DNA from: Lama glama
Lineage: Eukaryota
Direction: 5' to 3'
Assembly (NCBI GenBank): GCA_028534125.1
Contig: CM052816.1
Span: 98,272,001 to 98,336,000, forward strand
DNA length: 64,000 nucleotides
The notes beneath the pieces were generated by a model. It did no database searches, was not told where the DNA came from, and worked only from the letters and a program-made list of their open reading frames with translations. Positions within the stretch are counted from its first letter, which is position 1, and the number at the start of each line of letters is the position of its first letter. The position numbers were made by a program, and so were the translations under genes. Below, in pieces: positions 11,690-23,989 of the stretch.

Positions 11690-12010
11690 GTGGTAGAGGT
11701 TGCCCAGTTTCCCCCCAGGCCCATCTCCAGGGCACCAGCTAGACTGTTTCCAGTCTCCTCTGCTTTTAGCTGTGCTCAGGTGACAAAGTCCTGGCCAACA
11801 GAATGCCAGGAAGTGATAGATGCCACTTCCAGGGCTGACCCATAAAATATCCATCCCTAGATGCCCAAGGGATGGTAGAGCCCTCAGACAGAAGGAGCCT
11901 GGGTTCCAGCTCACAGAAACATCTGGTGGTTGGACTTTACACGATTGATTGAGAGTTAACTTCTCTTGGGCTAAACCACCTCGATCTTGGGGCCTTAGCA
12001 GTTACTGCAT
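11690..12010 (+). mobile_element. MaLR LTR (MLT1J-like)
   Basis: 'gtgacaaagtcctggccaacagaatg...ggaagtgatagatgccacttccagg', 'gatggtagagcc...gaaggagcctgggt'. Confidence 0.75.
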
Positions 12011-12014
12011 TGGC

Positions 12015-12470
12015 AAGAGTGCAGGAAACAGGTGGTGTGCTTAAAACCATAAACAAAGAGAGTTTGATGAGGGTTATTTACAAGGTAAGACAGGGTTAAG
12101 GAAAACTGAGGGTTTAATGGTTGCGTTCCAGGGCTCACAATCCCTGGAAGCTGTCATCTCCTCTTGATCTGAAGGGCAAGGGAAGGAGCTGGTCCTGGAA
12201 CCTGGAGAGATCTGTGGCTGCAAGAGGAAGCCATCAGGGGGCAGCTGGGCTCATGCAGACAGCAGGAAGTTGAGCCGGGACTACCCCACCTCCCCCATCA
12301 CCCCCACCTCCCTCACTGACAGGCGCCCTGCCCCCCCTTTCTATTGACAGTCCCAACCTGAAGCTGGAGGACCAGGGAACCCTTTTGATGCAATTTGTAG
12401 GGCTTAGCATGGGCATCGCAGAGTGGGCTGAGTGGCTGGGGGAGAGGAAATCTCAAAGGGGAAGCAGAAT
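12015..12470 (-). mobile_element. ERVL LTR remnant (LTR16/LTR33-group)
   Basis: 'caggaaacaggtggtgtgcttaaa...gagagtttgatgagggttatttacaagg...cagggttaaggaaaac', 'ctattgacagtcccaacctgaagctggagggaccagggaaccc'. Confidence 0.6.
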
Positions 12471-12869
12471 ACATTCTCAGCACCGTTATTTCAAACAAGT
12501 CAGAGGAATTGTAGTTTGTCAGGGGCTCATGATGAGCTTGGTGCAATCCACAGTCTTGCATTTTAATTCCTTGTTTCTTCTCTAAAATGAGCTCCTGGAG
12601 AGAGGCTGGGGTTCGATTACCACTCAGAGGTTCAAATTGTTCCGCGTGTCTGTGGTAGATCTTTAGCACTTTATTCCCACTGCACCTTTCCTTAATGCCA
12701 GGAGACTGAAAACCATCAGCTTGTTTTCACTTTTCTTGAATAATTTCTAGCTCCTAGTCCTTTTCAGTCTCATTTCAATTAAATTCAACCCTCAGTTATT
12801 GTTCCCCACTCTGTGTTTACAGGTCCTGGGCCACCCAGTGAGATGGGTAAGCCTAGATTGCTGACTTCT

Positions 12870-13500
12870 CCCATTTATTTCCCCGACATTTAGTGAGCAT
12901 CTGTGCATAGGTGTGAAATAACGCAATTAACAGTCTTCCTACGCCAGGGTCTGTGCTAAGCATCCGGCTGGGTACTTGCAATTAAAATTCAAATAGAACG
13001 TAGTCTCTCACCTTCAGGAACTTGCAGTTGATAGTACAGTGGGAAGCCGTCGACGACATCTTTTTAAGTCATTTGCCCTGGGTTCAGACCTATCCCCACC
13101 CCTTGTAGCCGTGCAATAGGAAGAGAGTTGCAAACACTACTAGAGTTCGCAGCTCTCAAAATAGTGACTAGCCGGAGAGACAGCAATACCTCAGTCAATA
13201 ATTGGTTGTACTATTCAGTGAGATAAAGTGGGCATGTGTCCTCCCACGCAGCACACACCCACTGCAGGGAGAGTATTATTTGTAGTTGAGAGGTGATGGG
13301 TACTTGGTGGCGCTGAGCCTGGTGGAGGGCAAGTGGCCAGCCTGGGGGTCGGTAGTCATCTTGAGAGTTTTGGGGGTAAGCATGACTTAGCTTGAGGAAA
13401 GAGTGGAGGTGAGAAAGGGTTACGCCTTTGTAAAGAGTAAGGGGAGGGCATGAAGTGCCAGGCGGTCCTTGTGTGGCTGATCACACGCAGCTTGAGGGAG
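12870..13500 (-). mobile_element. L2 3' fragments with an embedded MIR (about 13070-13230)
   Basis: 'catttagtgagcatct...ctacgccagggtctgtgctaag...gtctctcaccttcaggaacttgcagt' is L2-like; 'ccctgggttcagacc' is MIR-like. Confidence 0.5.
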
Positions 13501-13799
13501 ATCTGAATAGATAGCACCTTAAGGTAGATAGCAGTGCTCGCTAAAATAGAGATGACAGCAAAGGATGCAGAAAGCAACTGATGTTATCGTGAGTGCTCGA
13601 GCACCTTCAGAGGGGAGCGCTCTCTCTGCGGGTCTGTGTGGCTTACTTTTGCAGTCACCTGCTGTGAAGTGAAGGCTGGACGGGGGCAGACAGACCCTCT
13701 CAGAATTCACTCAACTTCCAGAAACTCAAGTCTCCATCAATAAGAGTAAGATGGACTCTCCTGCAGTGGGTGGAGTAATGGATACTAAATCATCATCAT

Positions 13800-13935
13800 C
13801 AAACCAGCTACCGCCTTTGAGCACATACTATGTGTCGGCTCCACGTCGACTGCTTTATCTGGGTTATCTTATTAAGTCCTATTACGGTCTCTATTTTACA
13901 GCTGCGCCTTTTACAGATAAAGGTGAAACTTAGCA
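13800..13935 (-). mobile_element. MIR SINE
   Basis: 'tttgagcacatactatgtgtcgg...ttatcttattaagtcct...ccttttacagataaaggtgaaact'. Confidence 0.7.
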
Positions 13936-16384
13936 AATTAAAACAATCATTTTATTGTTAAAAACAGTTTGCCTGCCCTCATGCGATTCCTGAAGGTGGA
14001 GGCAACAACATTTGCACCCAGAACACAGTCCACCAAGCGCAGCCGCCCAGCCCTCAGCCTACACCTGTTGTGGGGAGAGGGTTCAGGTACCTTCACCAGA
14101 TGTCTCCTGGAAAAGGACCAAGAGGGAGAGAAGATAATCACCAAACTGATGGAGAAGGCACTGAGCCTTAGGAAAATTCTGAAATTCTAGCCAAACTTCC
14201 AGCACTTCCAAAAGCTGCATCACCAGGGCAAAACCACTGCTGAGCATGTGTGGACAGAGGTGCACTCATCTAGAAACTCATTTATTAATTCAGCCACTTA
14301 GCAAATGTTCCTTGAAAGCTTATGACAGGCTCAGCACGCAGCTGGGGAATCCAGATCCTTAAAACTCACCCCTTGTCCTCAAGGGGTTCACAGTGCAGTG
14401 AGTCCTATGATCCAAGACTGCTCCAACCCCCCAGGGGGGCAGCGAAGGCTGATGGTGGGGGACCGCGTCTGCAGGTAGATAACCACACAGGGGACCGCAT
14501 CTGCAGGTAGTTGACCACAGCCTCCCATCCAAGGCAGCTCTCACAGCCCCTCATTGCAGAATCCATCCAGGCGTCTCTCCCAGGAATGATCTAAACATCA
14601 AAAGAAGCAGATTCGACTTCTAATCCAGAGACAAGCAGAGCAGAGAGCAGAGAAGGGGGCAAAGGTAAGGCAGCAGAAACCAGTAATGAACGAAGCAAAC
14701 GTAGCCTGTGTGTTTTGACCTCCAGGTATGGGCAGAGGGCTTGGAGTTTGGCTGGAATTGTAGCAGTCCTGCCAGTGGGGCCAGCCCGGGAGAAGAGACC
14801 CAAACCAAAAACAGACCCTCCACCGCAGGAGGACGGAACAGGGCTAGAGGCTGGAGGAGAAGAGGTCAGACCTGGAGGAAGGGCCAGACGGCAGTGGAGA
14901 AGGGAAGGGAGGTGAGAGTGGAAGTCATCCTGACATCCCTGTGTGTGTGGACCGGTGGATGCAGCTTGGTGAGTGTTTTTTGTCGTTGTTGTTTGGCTTT
15001 GTTTTGCTTTTTGATCTAGTAACAGAAAATAAAGGGAAATTCCGTGAAAGATTTACCTTCAAATCAGTTTGAACCTGGAGGTGTTTTTCATGCCGTCTGC
15101 ACGTGTGAAGACGGAACGTCCATTCGTTCACCTCACTCCTGCGCTTCCTAGCTCACTGATTGCACTAGCTCCTGGCTTTTGCCTTGGCTCATTTGCCAGG
15201 GAGGCAGGAAAGCCGGCTCTGGCTGCCTCCAGCCCTCTCTGGCACCTGCAGCTAAAGGACCTGAATGGAGCTGTGGTCCTTTGAAGCAGCTGCCGTTTTT
15301 CCTCTCCCTCCTGCAGTCCAGGAAAAGGCATCCCTCCCTATAAAGAAATGCCACACGTGGGCTCTGGAACTTCTCTCTACAGTGGCTGGAAAGCAGTTTC
15401 CAGCCAAACTCGTCTTTTAAAAAAATTACTTTTTTCCTAGAGTCTCTCTGTTAAGCTACTAGGAAAATATACGCTTGAAATGTGACACTGGTTTTCACGT
15501 CTCTCAGTCAGTCTTCCTGCTGCTTCCTCTGAACCCTAGCAGAAGGCACATGACAGGTAATTATGCGCTTACTGTGGAGGGAGTGAGTAAACATCGATGA
15601 CAAGCCACAGAAAGGGGACGAGTGGCTTTCTGGAAGCTTCTGATTAAATTCTATGTAGAAACAGAATCCTGGAGGCGCTGCTCCAGACAGGCTGTAGATA
15701 AAACCTTAATGTTTATCTAATTCATCTCCCCACCAAGTTATTTTAGCAACGCATCCATCACCTTTGTTCCACAGTCACCTCTCCATCTATTTTGAAGTGT
15801 GGCTAGAAATTGCATGAGGCCAGCTGACAGAAAACACTGCGACGTCTCTCCTCCTGGGCACTCGCAGGGAATGACCCGCCGCTTTGTAGCCCTGTGTGCT
15901 CCCAGGGCCCTAAACTGGCATCATTCTGCGTGAGAAGGGCTTGGGGGTGGTCTTATAGTGAGAGCTGCTCTCTTTCTCCTCTGCACAGAGGGAAAAAGGG
16001 GAAAGAAGATATAAGGGGACAAAGCAATGGTGGTCCCAGAAGCAGGACCTTGAGGAGACTTTGAGAATGATAAATCAGAACGTGGCCTTCACTGAAAACT
16101 CGTCGCAATGCCCAAGGAAGTTAGAAGTAAAATTTAATATAAATAAATGCTTAAAATGAATAATCTGATTGCATAATGCAGATCTAACCATGTTAATAAC
16201 ACTCTAACAACAGTAAAACCAGTAAGAATAAAATCAACAATAAAAAATCACTATCAGAACTTTAAGGCATTCTGAACACCAGTATAATGTAGCAGGCTCC
16301 CCAGCCCTGCCCCCGCCAGGTATTTTTCCCATTATGTGGCTGCCGTGGCATCTCCCAGCATCAGGACCTGCGGGACTAAGGTTG

Positions 16385-16570
16385 GGACTGCAGGCTCTAG
16401 ACTCACAATGCCACTCGCTGGCTGTGTGACCTCGGGAATGTCACCCAGCCTCAGTTTCTCTGCTGCGCAGTGGGGATGATGGCGTGCATACTTTACAGAG
16501 TTGCAAGGATCTTGGGATAATACGCATCAAATAGAGAAGCGATGCGCAGCAAGCATCTGGCAAGTGGTAT
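16385..16570 (+). mobile_element. MIR SINE
   Basis: MIR core 'gccactcgctggctgtgtgacctcggg...cagcctcagtttctctgctgcgcagtggggatgatg'. Confidence 0.75.
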
Positions 16571-16893
16571 TTACTCTTTCCTCTCCCCTTCATCCTACTA
16601 TCTGAGCATTCCACAGAATCCCGGTCGGACCCAGAGGCTGCTGCCTGCCCTCCCTCCTCTGACGTGGCACTGCCCGAAACGCTGTGCACGCTGCTGATGC
16701 TGACACATGAGCCACATTCTGTAACCCATCTCGGAGAGGCTTGTCTTTTGGATTGGCTTCTGGCTGCTGAGATGTTCTAGAAAGGGGGCTTCTCAGAACG
16801 CCATGTGGGTCCATGCCACATTGGTGACCACTTGGGATGTCACCATGCACAGATTCTGCGACAGCTCATTCCTGTGGAGGTGACTTTAGGTGC

Positions 16894-17351
16894 TGTATTA
16901 ATTTCTATTACTGCCGTAACATATCACTGCACCTCCTGTGACTTAAAACACACATGTGTATCGTCTTGCAGGTCTGGAAGTCAGAATCCGACACAGGTCC
17001 AACTGGGCCAACATTAAGGAGTCATCAGCTGCCTTCCTTTCTGTAGGCTCTTGGAGAGAATCCTTCTATCTTTTCCAGCTTCTAGAGGGCACCCACATTC
17101 TTTGGCTTGTGACCTCTTCCCTGTCTTCAAAGCCAGAGATGTCACATCTCCCTCCGACTGACCACCATAAGAAGGGCTTCTCCACTTTTGAAGGACCCAT
17201 GCAACTAGACTGGGTCTCCCTGGGGAATCCAGGCTAATCTCTCAAATCAAAATTCTTAACACCATCTGTGAAGTCCCTTTAACCTTGTAAGATCATATAT
17301 TCACAGATTCTGGTGGGGCCATCTTTAGGGGCTATGATTCTGTCCCACACA
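16894..17351 (-). mobile_element. MaLR LTR (MLT1D-like)
   Basis: TG...CA ends, 'aggctcttggagagaatcc...ttccagcttctagagggcacccacattctttggcttgtg', near-TSD GGTGC/GGTGG. Confidence 0.85.
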
Positions 17352-18987
17352 GGTGGAGACACTGATATAGGCATGTTGATGGCAAAGAAAAAAATCTGAC
17401 TTTATGGTGGTGGATATTTTGGAATATTGTTGGAGCCACTTGATGTGCCCACGATGCCATGCACCCGGGGGCTGGCCCACCCTTGTCCTTTCTGAGTCCC
17501 AGTTGAGATCAGAGCTCTTCTGACCTACGTGTCCTTTTGCTGGCCTGGACTGCCCAATATATTTGATTAGATACCCTCCCAATCAAACTGCCGTGACCCA
17601 CTTGCTGGACCGGCCCTGGTGTGCCCAGCTGAGGGCTCCAGAATGAAATATGGCAAAGGGCTTTCTCACTGTCACCTTCCTCTCTTAGGTCTGTTTTCCT
17701 AGATTGCGAGTCTTTTAAAAATCTAATCCTGCCTCCTCCTAGAAGTGAAATTCGTCTTCAGGGAGTCATCAATCAGCCTGTTTCTGTCAATGTTTTGATC
17801 CACAGGGGCTGTAAGTGTGCAGGCTGCTTGGGCCCTGTGAGGATATAATACCTTTGGGGCTTCCTTTCACTAAGATGGAAATCACATTATACAACCACGT
17901 GTCAGACTGCAATTTTAAACAGAAAGGAACTAGACTGAATAACCAAATATTAAAAAAAAAAATCTCAAAATGTAGCCTATCTTATGAAAAGTCCTGAAGT
18001 GCTATCCTCTTTTATGAAACAGACACTCAAAGAATATTTCTGTATTTAAATCATGGAAATTTTGTCTTCCTGCTTTCTGTACCATATATCACTTCTGGAG
18101 CTTAGCAATAGAAAACCATTTCCAGCTTTAAACATAATTTGAAGAGTCATTCTATGCCCCTCACCCCTGACTCCCTTAAAATGAGTTTTAAGAAAATGAG
18201 TGTTACTTTTTGTTCAGACAATAGTCAACTTTCTTAGCTATCCATCAATGTCATTCCATGTAGGACTCAGAAGCAGAGACTCAGAATTCAAAGCCATTTT
18301 CAATGCATCAAAAGAAAGTGTGAAATCTCCTCTCCCTCTTACCTTGTTACGATCTCTGAATGGCAGAGCACAGAGGCTGTGTTTAACGAAGGATTAGGGG
18401 AGAAGTGGGGAAACGTTTGGGAGGCTGAGGAAATGCCAAAGCAAGCCTGAGACATTTATGGTGGCAGAAGTCTTTTGTTGAAACGCCATGAGTGGTACTT
18501 CCAGTACCAAGAAGGTAGTGGGTCACCTGCCACCTGGGACTGGTGATAAACAACCCTTTCTTCCTGGACAGAAGGTGATGGACAATGCAGCCGGTATGAC
18601 TATACCGACATTACATGGAGGGTCCCACACTGAACTATGAAACACAAGAATTGTATTTTATTTTTGGCTTTGTAGTGTGACCTCATGTACATTCCTGAAT
18701 TTCTCTGTGTTTTCATTCCAAACCCATTCTTGGTGAACTCTACCCTACTGCATATGAGAAGAGCTTTGGTCCAGAGGACAACCGGGGACAGCTTCAGCTG
18801 TGTGATCAGTTACACCCTGTTGTCTTAAAGAACAACTCATGAGAACTGAAGATTTGTGTCAACCTAACACCTGCAGGGTGGTCTGTCTTGAATCGTGGAG
18901 GAATCCAAAGACGAGTTTTCCCATTGTTTTTGATCTCAGCCACTATTTATTTCCATTTCTTTAAGGCATACGGTAGCTCTGTTCTTT

Positions 18988-19637
18988 TTTTGGGGGGGGT
19001 GTCTTTTTTTTTTACTGAAGTACAGTCAGTTATAATGTGTCAATTTCTGGTGTACAGCATAATATCTCAGTCATGTATATATATATATGCATACATATAT
19101 TCATTTCATATTCTTTTTCATTAAAGGTTATTACAAGATATTGAACATAGTTCCCTGTGCTACACAGAAGAAATTTGTTTTTTTATCTACTTTTATAGTT
19201 ATAGTGGCTAACATTTACAAATCTCAAACTCCCAAATTTATCCTTTCACACTCCCTTTCCCCCTGGTAACCATACGATTGTTTACTATGCCTGCGAGTCT
19301 GTTTCTGTTTTACAGATGAGTTCATTAGTGTTCCCTTTTTTCCTTTCCTTGGATTCCACATGTAAGTGATATCGTATAGTATTTTTCTTTCTATTTCTGG
19401 CTTACTTCACTTAGAATGATGATCTACTCTAATTCAAAAAGATACATGCACCCCAATGTTCACAGCAGCACTATATACAATAGGCAAGTCATGGAAACAG
19501 CCTAAATGTCCATCAACAGATGATTGGATAAAGAGGTTGTGATATATTTATACAACAGAATACTACTCAGCCATAAAAAATAAAATAATGCCATCTGCAG
19601 CAACATGGATAGACTTAGAGATCATCATTCCAAGTGA
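18988..19637 (-). mobile_element. Lineage-specific LINE-1 3' insertion with 5' inversion (twin priming)
   Basis: Antisense tail and 3' UTR up to 19425, sense segment from 19426 to about 19639. TSD AGCTCTG(T/C)TCTTT at 18975-18987 and 19638-19650. Confidence 0.9.
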
Positions 19638-20280
19638 AGCTCTGCTCTTTAATTGAGGTATTCGACTGAATGAGAAGGAGAACAAGGCTTAGTGTCAGGA
19701 CCCTGGGGCTCTCACTGCAGCGCAGCCACTCCCTGATTGTGTGATTTGAGGTGAATTCTGTTATTTCTAGTTAATCATTTATCAATCGTAAACATATAAT
19801 ACATATGGTAATAGTTGCCTTTAAGTGTTGTTTTGAAAATTAATTGTGGTGGTGTCTGTTAAAACAATTGATAATTTCATAGTGATTCAGTGCTAGAATT
19901 AACTGATATTCCCATTTTACCTTTTACCTGATTTTTCAACCTTCATATTACAACCCTCCCCTGAATACAAAGAAGGCACCATCTGTTTTTATGATTATAA
20001 AATTCTTTGCTAAAAAAACACAACTTTGTGTAGAGTTTTGGATGAAGAAGTACCTTAATTCTCTCCTGGATTTTGATTAAATGCTAAAGGCTGTACCACC
20101 TTCCTTAAACCCACGTTTACTTTTGCAGTGTATCTGGTGAGAAGAGAGCTTTGCTGTGTCTGATGGCTTTCTCTTTTCAGCCCTCACTTTAATAGGCAAG
20201 AAAACTTGTCTATTAGGCAGGAGAGTTATAACACATAGGATTTTTTATACTAAAAATTATTGTAAAGGAAATTACGCATC

Positions 20281-20814
20281 TGTGATGGTTAATGTTATGT
20301 GTTGATTTGGCTGAGACATGGAGTGCCCAGGTACTCGGACAAGGGTTATTCTGGGAGTGTCTGAGAGGGTGTTGTGGATAAAATTAACCGTGAAGTCAGT
20401 GAACTTGGAGTAAAGTAAGTTGCCTTCTGCAATGTAGGTGGGTCTCATCCAATCAGTTGATGGCCTGAATAGGACAGAAGACTGGCCTCCCCTGAACAAG
20501 AGGGAATTCTCCAGCAGACAGCTTTCAGATTCCATGTGGAACATTGGTTCTTCCTGGTTCTACAGCCAACGATCTTCAGACTAGAACTGGGAGTCCGGCC
20601 CTCTGGGCTCCAGCCTGGGAGCCTTCCTAGTGAAACTGCAGTACCAGCTTTCCTGGGTCCCAGCCTGCTGGCCACCCTGCAGATTGTGGATTTACCGGTC
20701 TGCATAGTCCCATGAGTCAATTCCTTATAATAAATGAATAAATATATACATAAATAGCGCATGTATACACACACACAACCTGATTTTGTTTTTCTGGAGA
20801 ATGCTGGCTAAGCA
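20281..20814 (+). mobile_element. ERVL solo LTR (MLT2B-like)
   Basis: Starts 'tgtgatggttaatgttatgtgt', contains 'gtgggtctcatccaatcagttgatggcctgaatag', near-TSD GCATC/GCACC. Confidence 0.9.
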
Positions 20815-22164
20815 GCACCCTAACTCAGGAAAAAAAATCACAAAATATTGTTATTTTTCATCCGTCAGTAATTTTGCTTGCTTCATTCTGTGTGATTCAA
20901 GAACCTTAGAAAATGCAGCGACAGGCCCTGTGCAATAACGGCTGGGAAGTAACACAGAGCAGCAGCGAGATAAATGTGGGGGGAGCCACATTTCTAAACT
21001 CAATGGGTGTATTAAAAAAATAGGTCACTGACAATGTTGATTTTATAGATTTCAGTGGCATTCTGTATTTATTTTCTTAAAAAAACTCATACATTTATAA
21101 AAGAGTTAATGTATTTTAACTTCTAAACACCTAAAGCCATAAACTTTCTCATGCTATATTTAAAACAAACAAAGAAAACCAAAAACTAGTCTTATTTTGA
21201 ATGTTTCAAGAGGCTCTTGGCAGATGGGCTTAAATGAGGATTATATGTTCAGTGACAAATTCCTGATACAGAACTGTAAAAATGGAATAAACTAAATAAT
21301 GTGAAAAAATGTAAATGTTATTCACTGATACATATACATGCACACATATGTGACTTTTACATAAATACACAGTATGTGTATGAAACAAACGCCCCTGATT
21401 ACTGACCTCTCTCTTGGGTGGAATATGTTCGATTCAGCATTGAATCCTCAGTAGTAGCCGGTGCTTGCAAGGAGAGATGCTCAGTAAATTTTTATCAAGA
21501 GGAGTACCTATGTTTTCCCACTGTTTTTTGAGTTTTCTACCATTAAGTATTATGAAATGAAAAGATTTAACATGTGTGTTGTGCAAATATGTTAAAATGC
21601 TATAAAACCCATTTTGGGTTTGCTTAGCACAGCTGGATTTAGTAAGGGCACCAGGCTCAGTCTCAGGAGGAGCCCTTGAGTCCTGGTGGTGCTCTTGGTT
21701 CCGGCTGCACAACAAGCAGAGAGATGAAGCGGGAGGCTCACAGGGAGCCTGGCCCCAGGACCAGGATGCTCCTTGGTGCTGGGGAGACGGCCGTGCCGCG
21801 TTTGTTGTCTGAAGCGCAGGAGTTGCCAGGGCTGGGGTAGAGCTGTGCTGGCTGCCAGAGAGTGCAGCCTGAGCTGGGCGAATTCTCCTCCCCCAGGACA
21901 ACCAAACCCCTGTTCACAGGAGAGATTGAGAAGGGGTCTCAGGGATCCAAGGGCTGGAAGGGAGAGGAAGGCATTCATTGCCGAGTGCATTTCTTTTTCA
22001 TTAATGCAAACCAGGGAGGACCCAGAGAGACCCGCCAGGGACCACCAGAGACCCACCAGGGCAGTAGCTGATTCCAGGCTGGTCCTCTGTGCTGCCTCAG
22101 CTGCTGGGTGACAAAGAATGGGTCAGTTTACAAGCAAAACATCTTGTCTGGAAGGTGTGGATTG

Positions 22165-22640
22165 GGGGAGCATTACATTTATAGATCAATTTGGGGAAAC
22201 TGTCGTTTTTCTAATACTGGATTTTCAGATGCACTAATCTGACATACCTCTCCATGTATTTATATCTAACTGGTTAAGTAGGTAATATGTTATTTAGGGT
22301 TTTCCACTGGTGTTCATGAAACAGTCTGTAAGTTTCCTTTCTTGCCATGTCCTTTTTAGGTTTTGGTATCAAGTTTAGGCTAGCCTCCTAGATTGATTGG
22401 AAATTGTTTCCTTTTTTTCTCTTCTTTTCTTCTTTTCAAAATCTCTTACACAAGATTTGTGCAAAGTTGGTATTACCACTTTTTAAACGCTTTTAGAATT
22501 TACCAGTGGAGCCAGTCACTCAGGTCTAGAGTTCTTTTGGAGGTTTTAATTATGGATTATGTGGTATAGGACTATTCTTATTTTCATTTCTTCTTGGGTT
22601 AATTTTTATAAATTGTGTATTTAAAAAAAATTATACCAAT
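22165..22640 (-). mobile_element. Ancient LINE-1 ORF2 fragments
   Basis: 'tttatagatcaatttgggga', 'ggttttggtatcaagtttaggctagcctc', 'tagaatttaccagtggagcca' are typical antisense L1M motifs. Confidence 0.7.
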
Positions 22641-23989
22641 ATATTTGAAAATGTATCTCAAATGGGAAAGATGTTACAATAATTTCCTGTTGCTGTTTGA
22701 CCTTGAGGTGTGTCAGGTTTTCCTCCTTGATCCCAGTTTGCCGTCTTGAATGGAGTGTATTCAGAGCCGGCTTCAGCCTTTGGAAATGTTGGTCTGTCTG
22801 GCTTTGCCCTCATCCTTGGCCGTTCGCCTCCGAGACCCTGACTGAAGACCTGTGCTGTTTGCCGGACACTCCTTCCGACTAGCCCTCCGCTCTGACTGGA
22901 GCTTCTCCCGGCCAGCGGGGCTGCCGAAGCTCTGCAGGCCTTGGAACCTCTCTGCTCCTTCTGCCTCTAAATCTCTGTTCCTTGAGTTCAAGGTCACAGG
23001 ACACCCTTACTAGCTAGCAAGTGTTTAGCAACTAGCATCGAGCAAAGTGAGGGGCTCAGCATTGGGATCGCTCCTGTGTTCTCCTTCCTTCTCTGATACC
23101 GTCTTCTAATGTCCTCAAAGTCCAGGAAGCTCTCCAATGTCTTTTAGGAGACTCAAAAGCATCCTCGATTTATTAGTGAAAACGAGAAAGAACCTTCAAA
23201 TGATTCAGCTATCTCACCCCGTGAGTAATACACCATCTGAATAGTTTACCATCTTTGGAGTCAATCTATACAACGACCACTATGCCATTTGCTTTTCTCA
23301 CAGTAAGAAGAAATAAATATGTCTGTATTCTGCCATCAAAGAATTCAGGGTAAATTAATTTTTTTTGTTTGTTTCAAATATATGTACTTAGTGGAGGTTA
23401 CGGATAGGTAGAGGTTAGGAAGAATTTGGAACACAGTTGGGAGGCAAAACATAAAAGATTATTTTCACATAGAAAATTCTGTGGTTTGGAGCATGGAGAT
23501 GGGATTAGGGAAAGTCTGTGTTAGTCGAGAGAGTCCTTTCCCCTAATTTGTATTTGGCAGGGCTAATGATCTGAAATGTGTTCCAATAATTATGAAAGCA
23601 GGAAAGAGAAAGGCTTAAGAGGATGCAAATTGCCTTATTCACACAATCACACAGCACTGACTCACAATGCCGATTATTCACATTTTTATACTTTTGCCCA
23701 TTTTTCCTGTTTCAAAGTGGCAATTTACTTCTCTGGCAAGATGAGTGTTTTGGTTCGTGTAAATGGTAATGTAAGATGGGGATAAAGAAAAGCTGCCAAT
23801 CATGGGCTCCCAGAACTTAAAATATAGAGGCGGCCTCTTACATGGATGACAAGGCTTTTTAAGGAATTTCCAGTACATAATTGTTGTTTTGATGGAATAC
23901 GTTGGTTAATCACCAATGAACCAGAAAGCAGACTCTTCAGAGCAAGTGCTCCTTAATTCTACTTTCTCAACTCCTGGTCACTCCAACTT

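Noticed and set aside
14426..14444. CTCF site 'ccccccaggggggcagc'
   Set aside because: Six G rather than five shifts the core register, so it is a poorer match than the site at 12229.
18337..18400. Further minus-strand micro-exon candidates at donor AAG|GTAAGA
   Set aside because: Several alternative acceptors and no way to choose. Such motifs are expected by chance in 64 kb.
22026..22061. Short direct repeat agagaccc(g/a)ccaggg, period 21
   Set aside because: Two short copies only, consistent with ordinary slippage. No repeat-spacer array.
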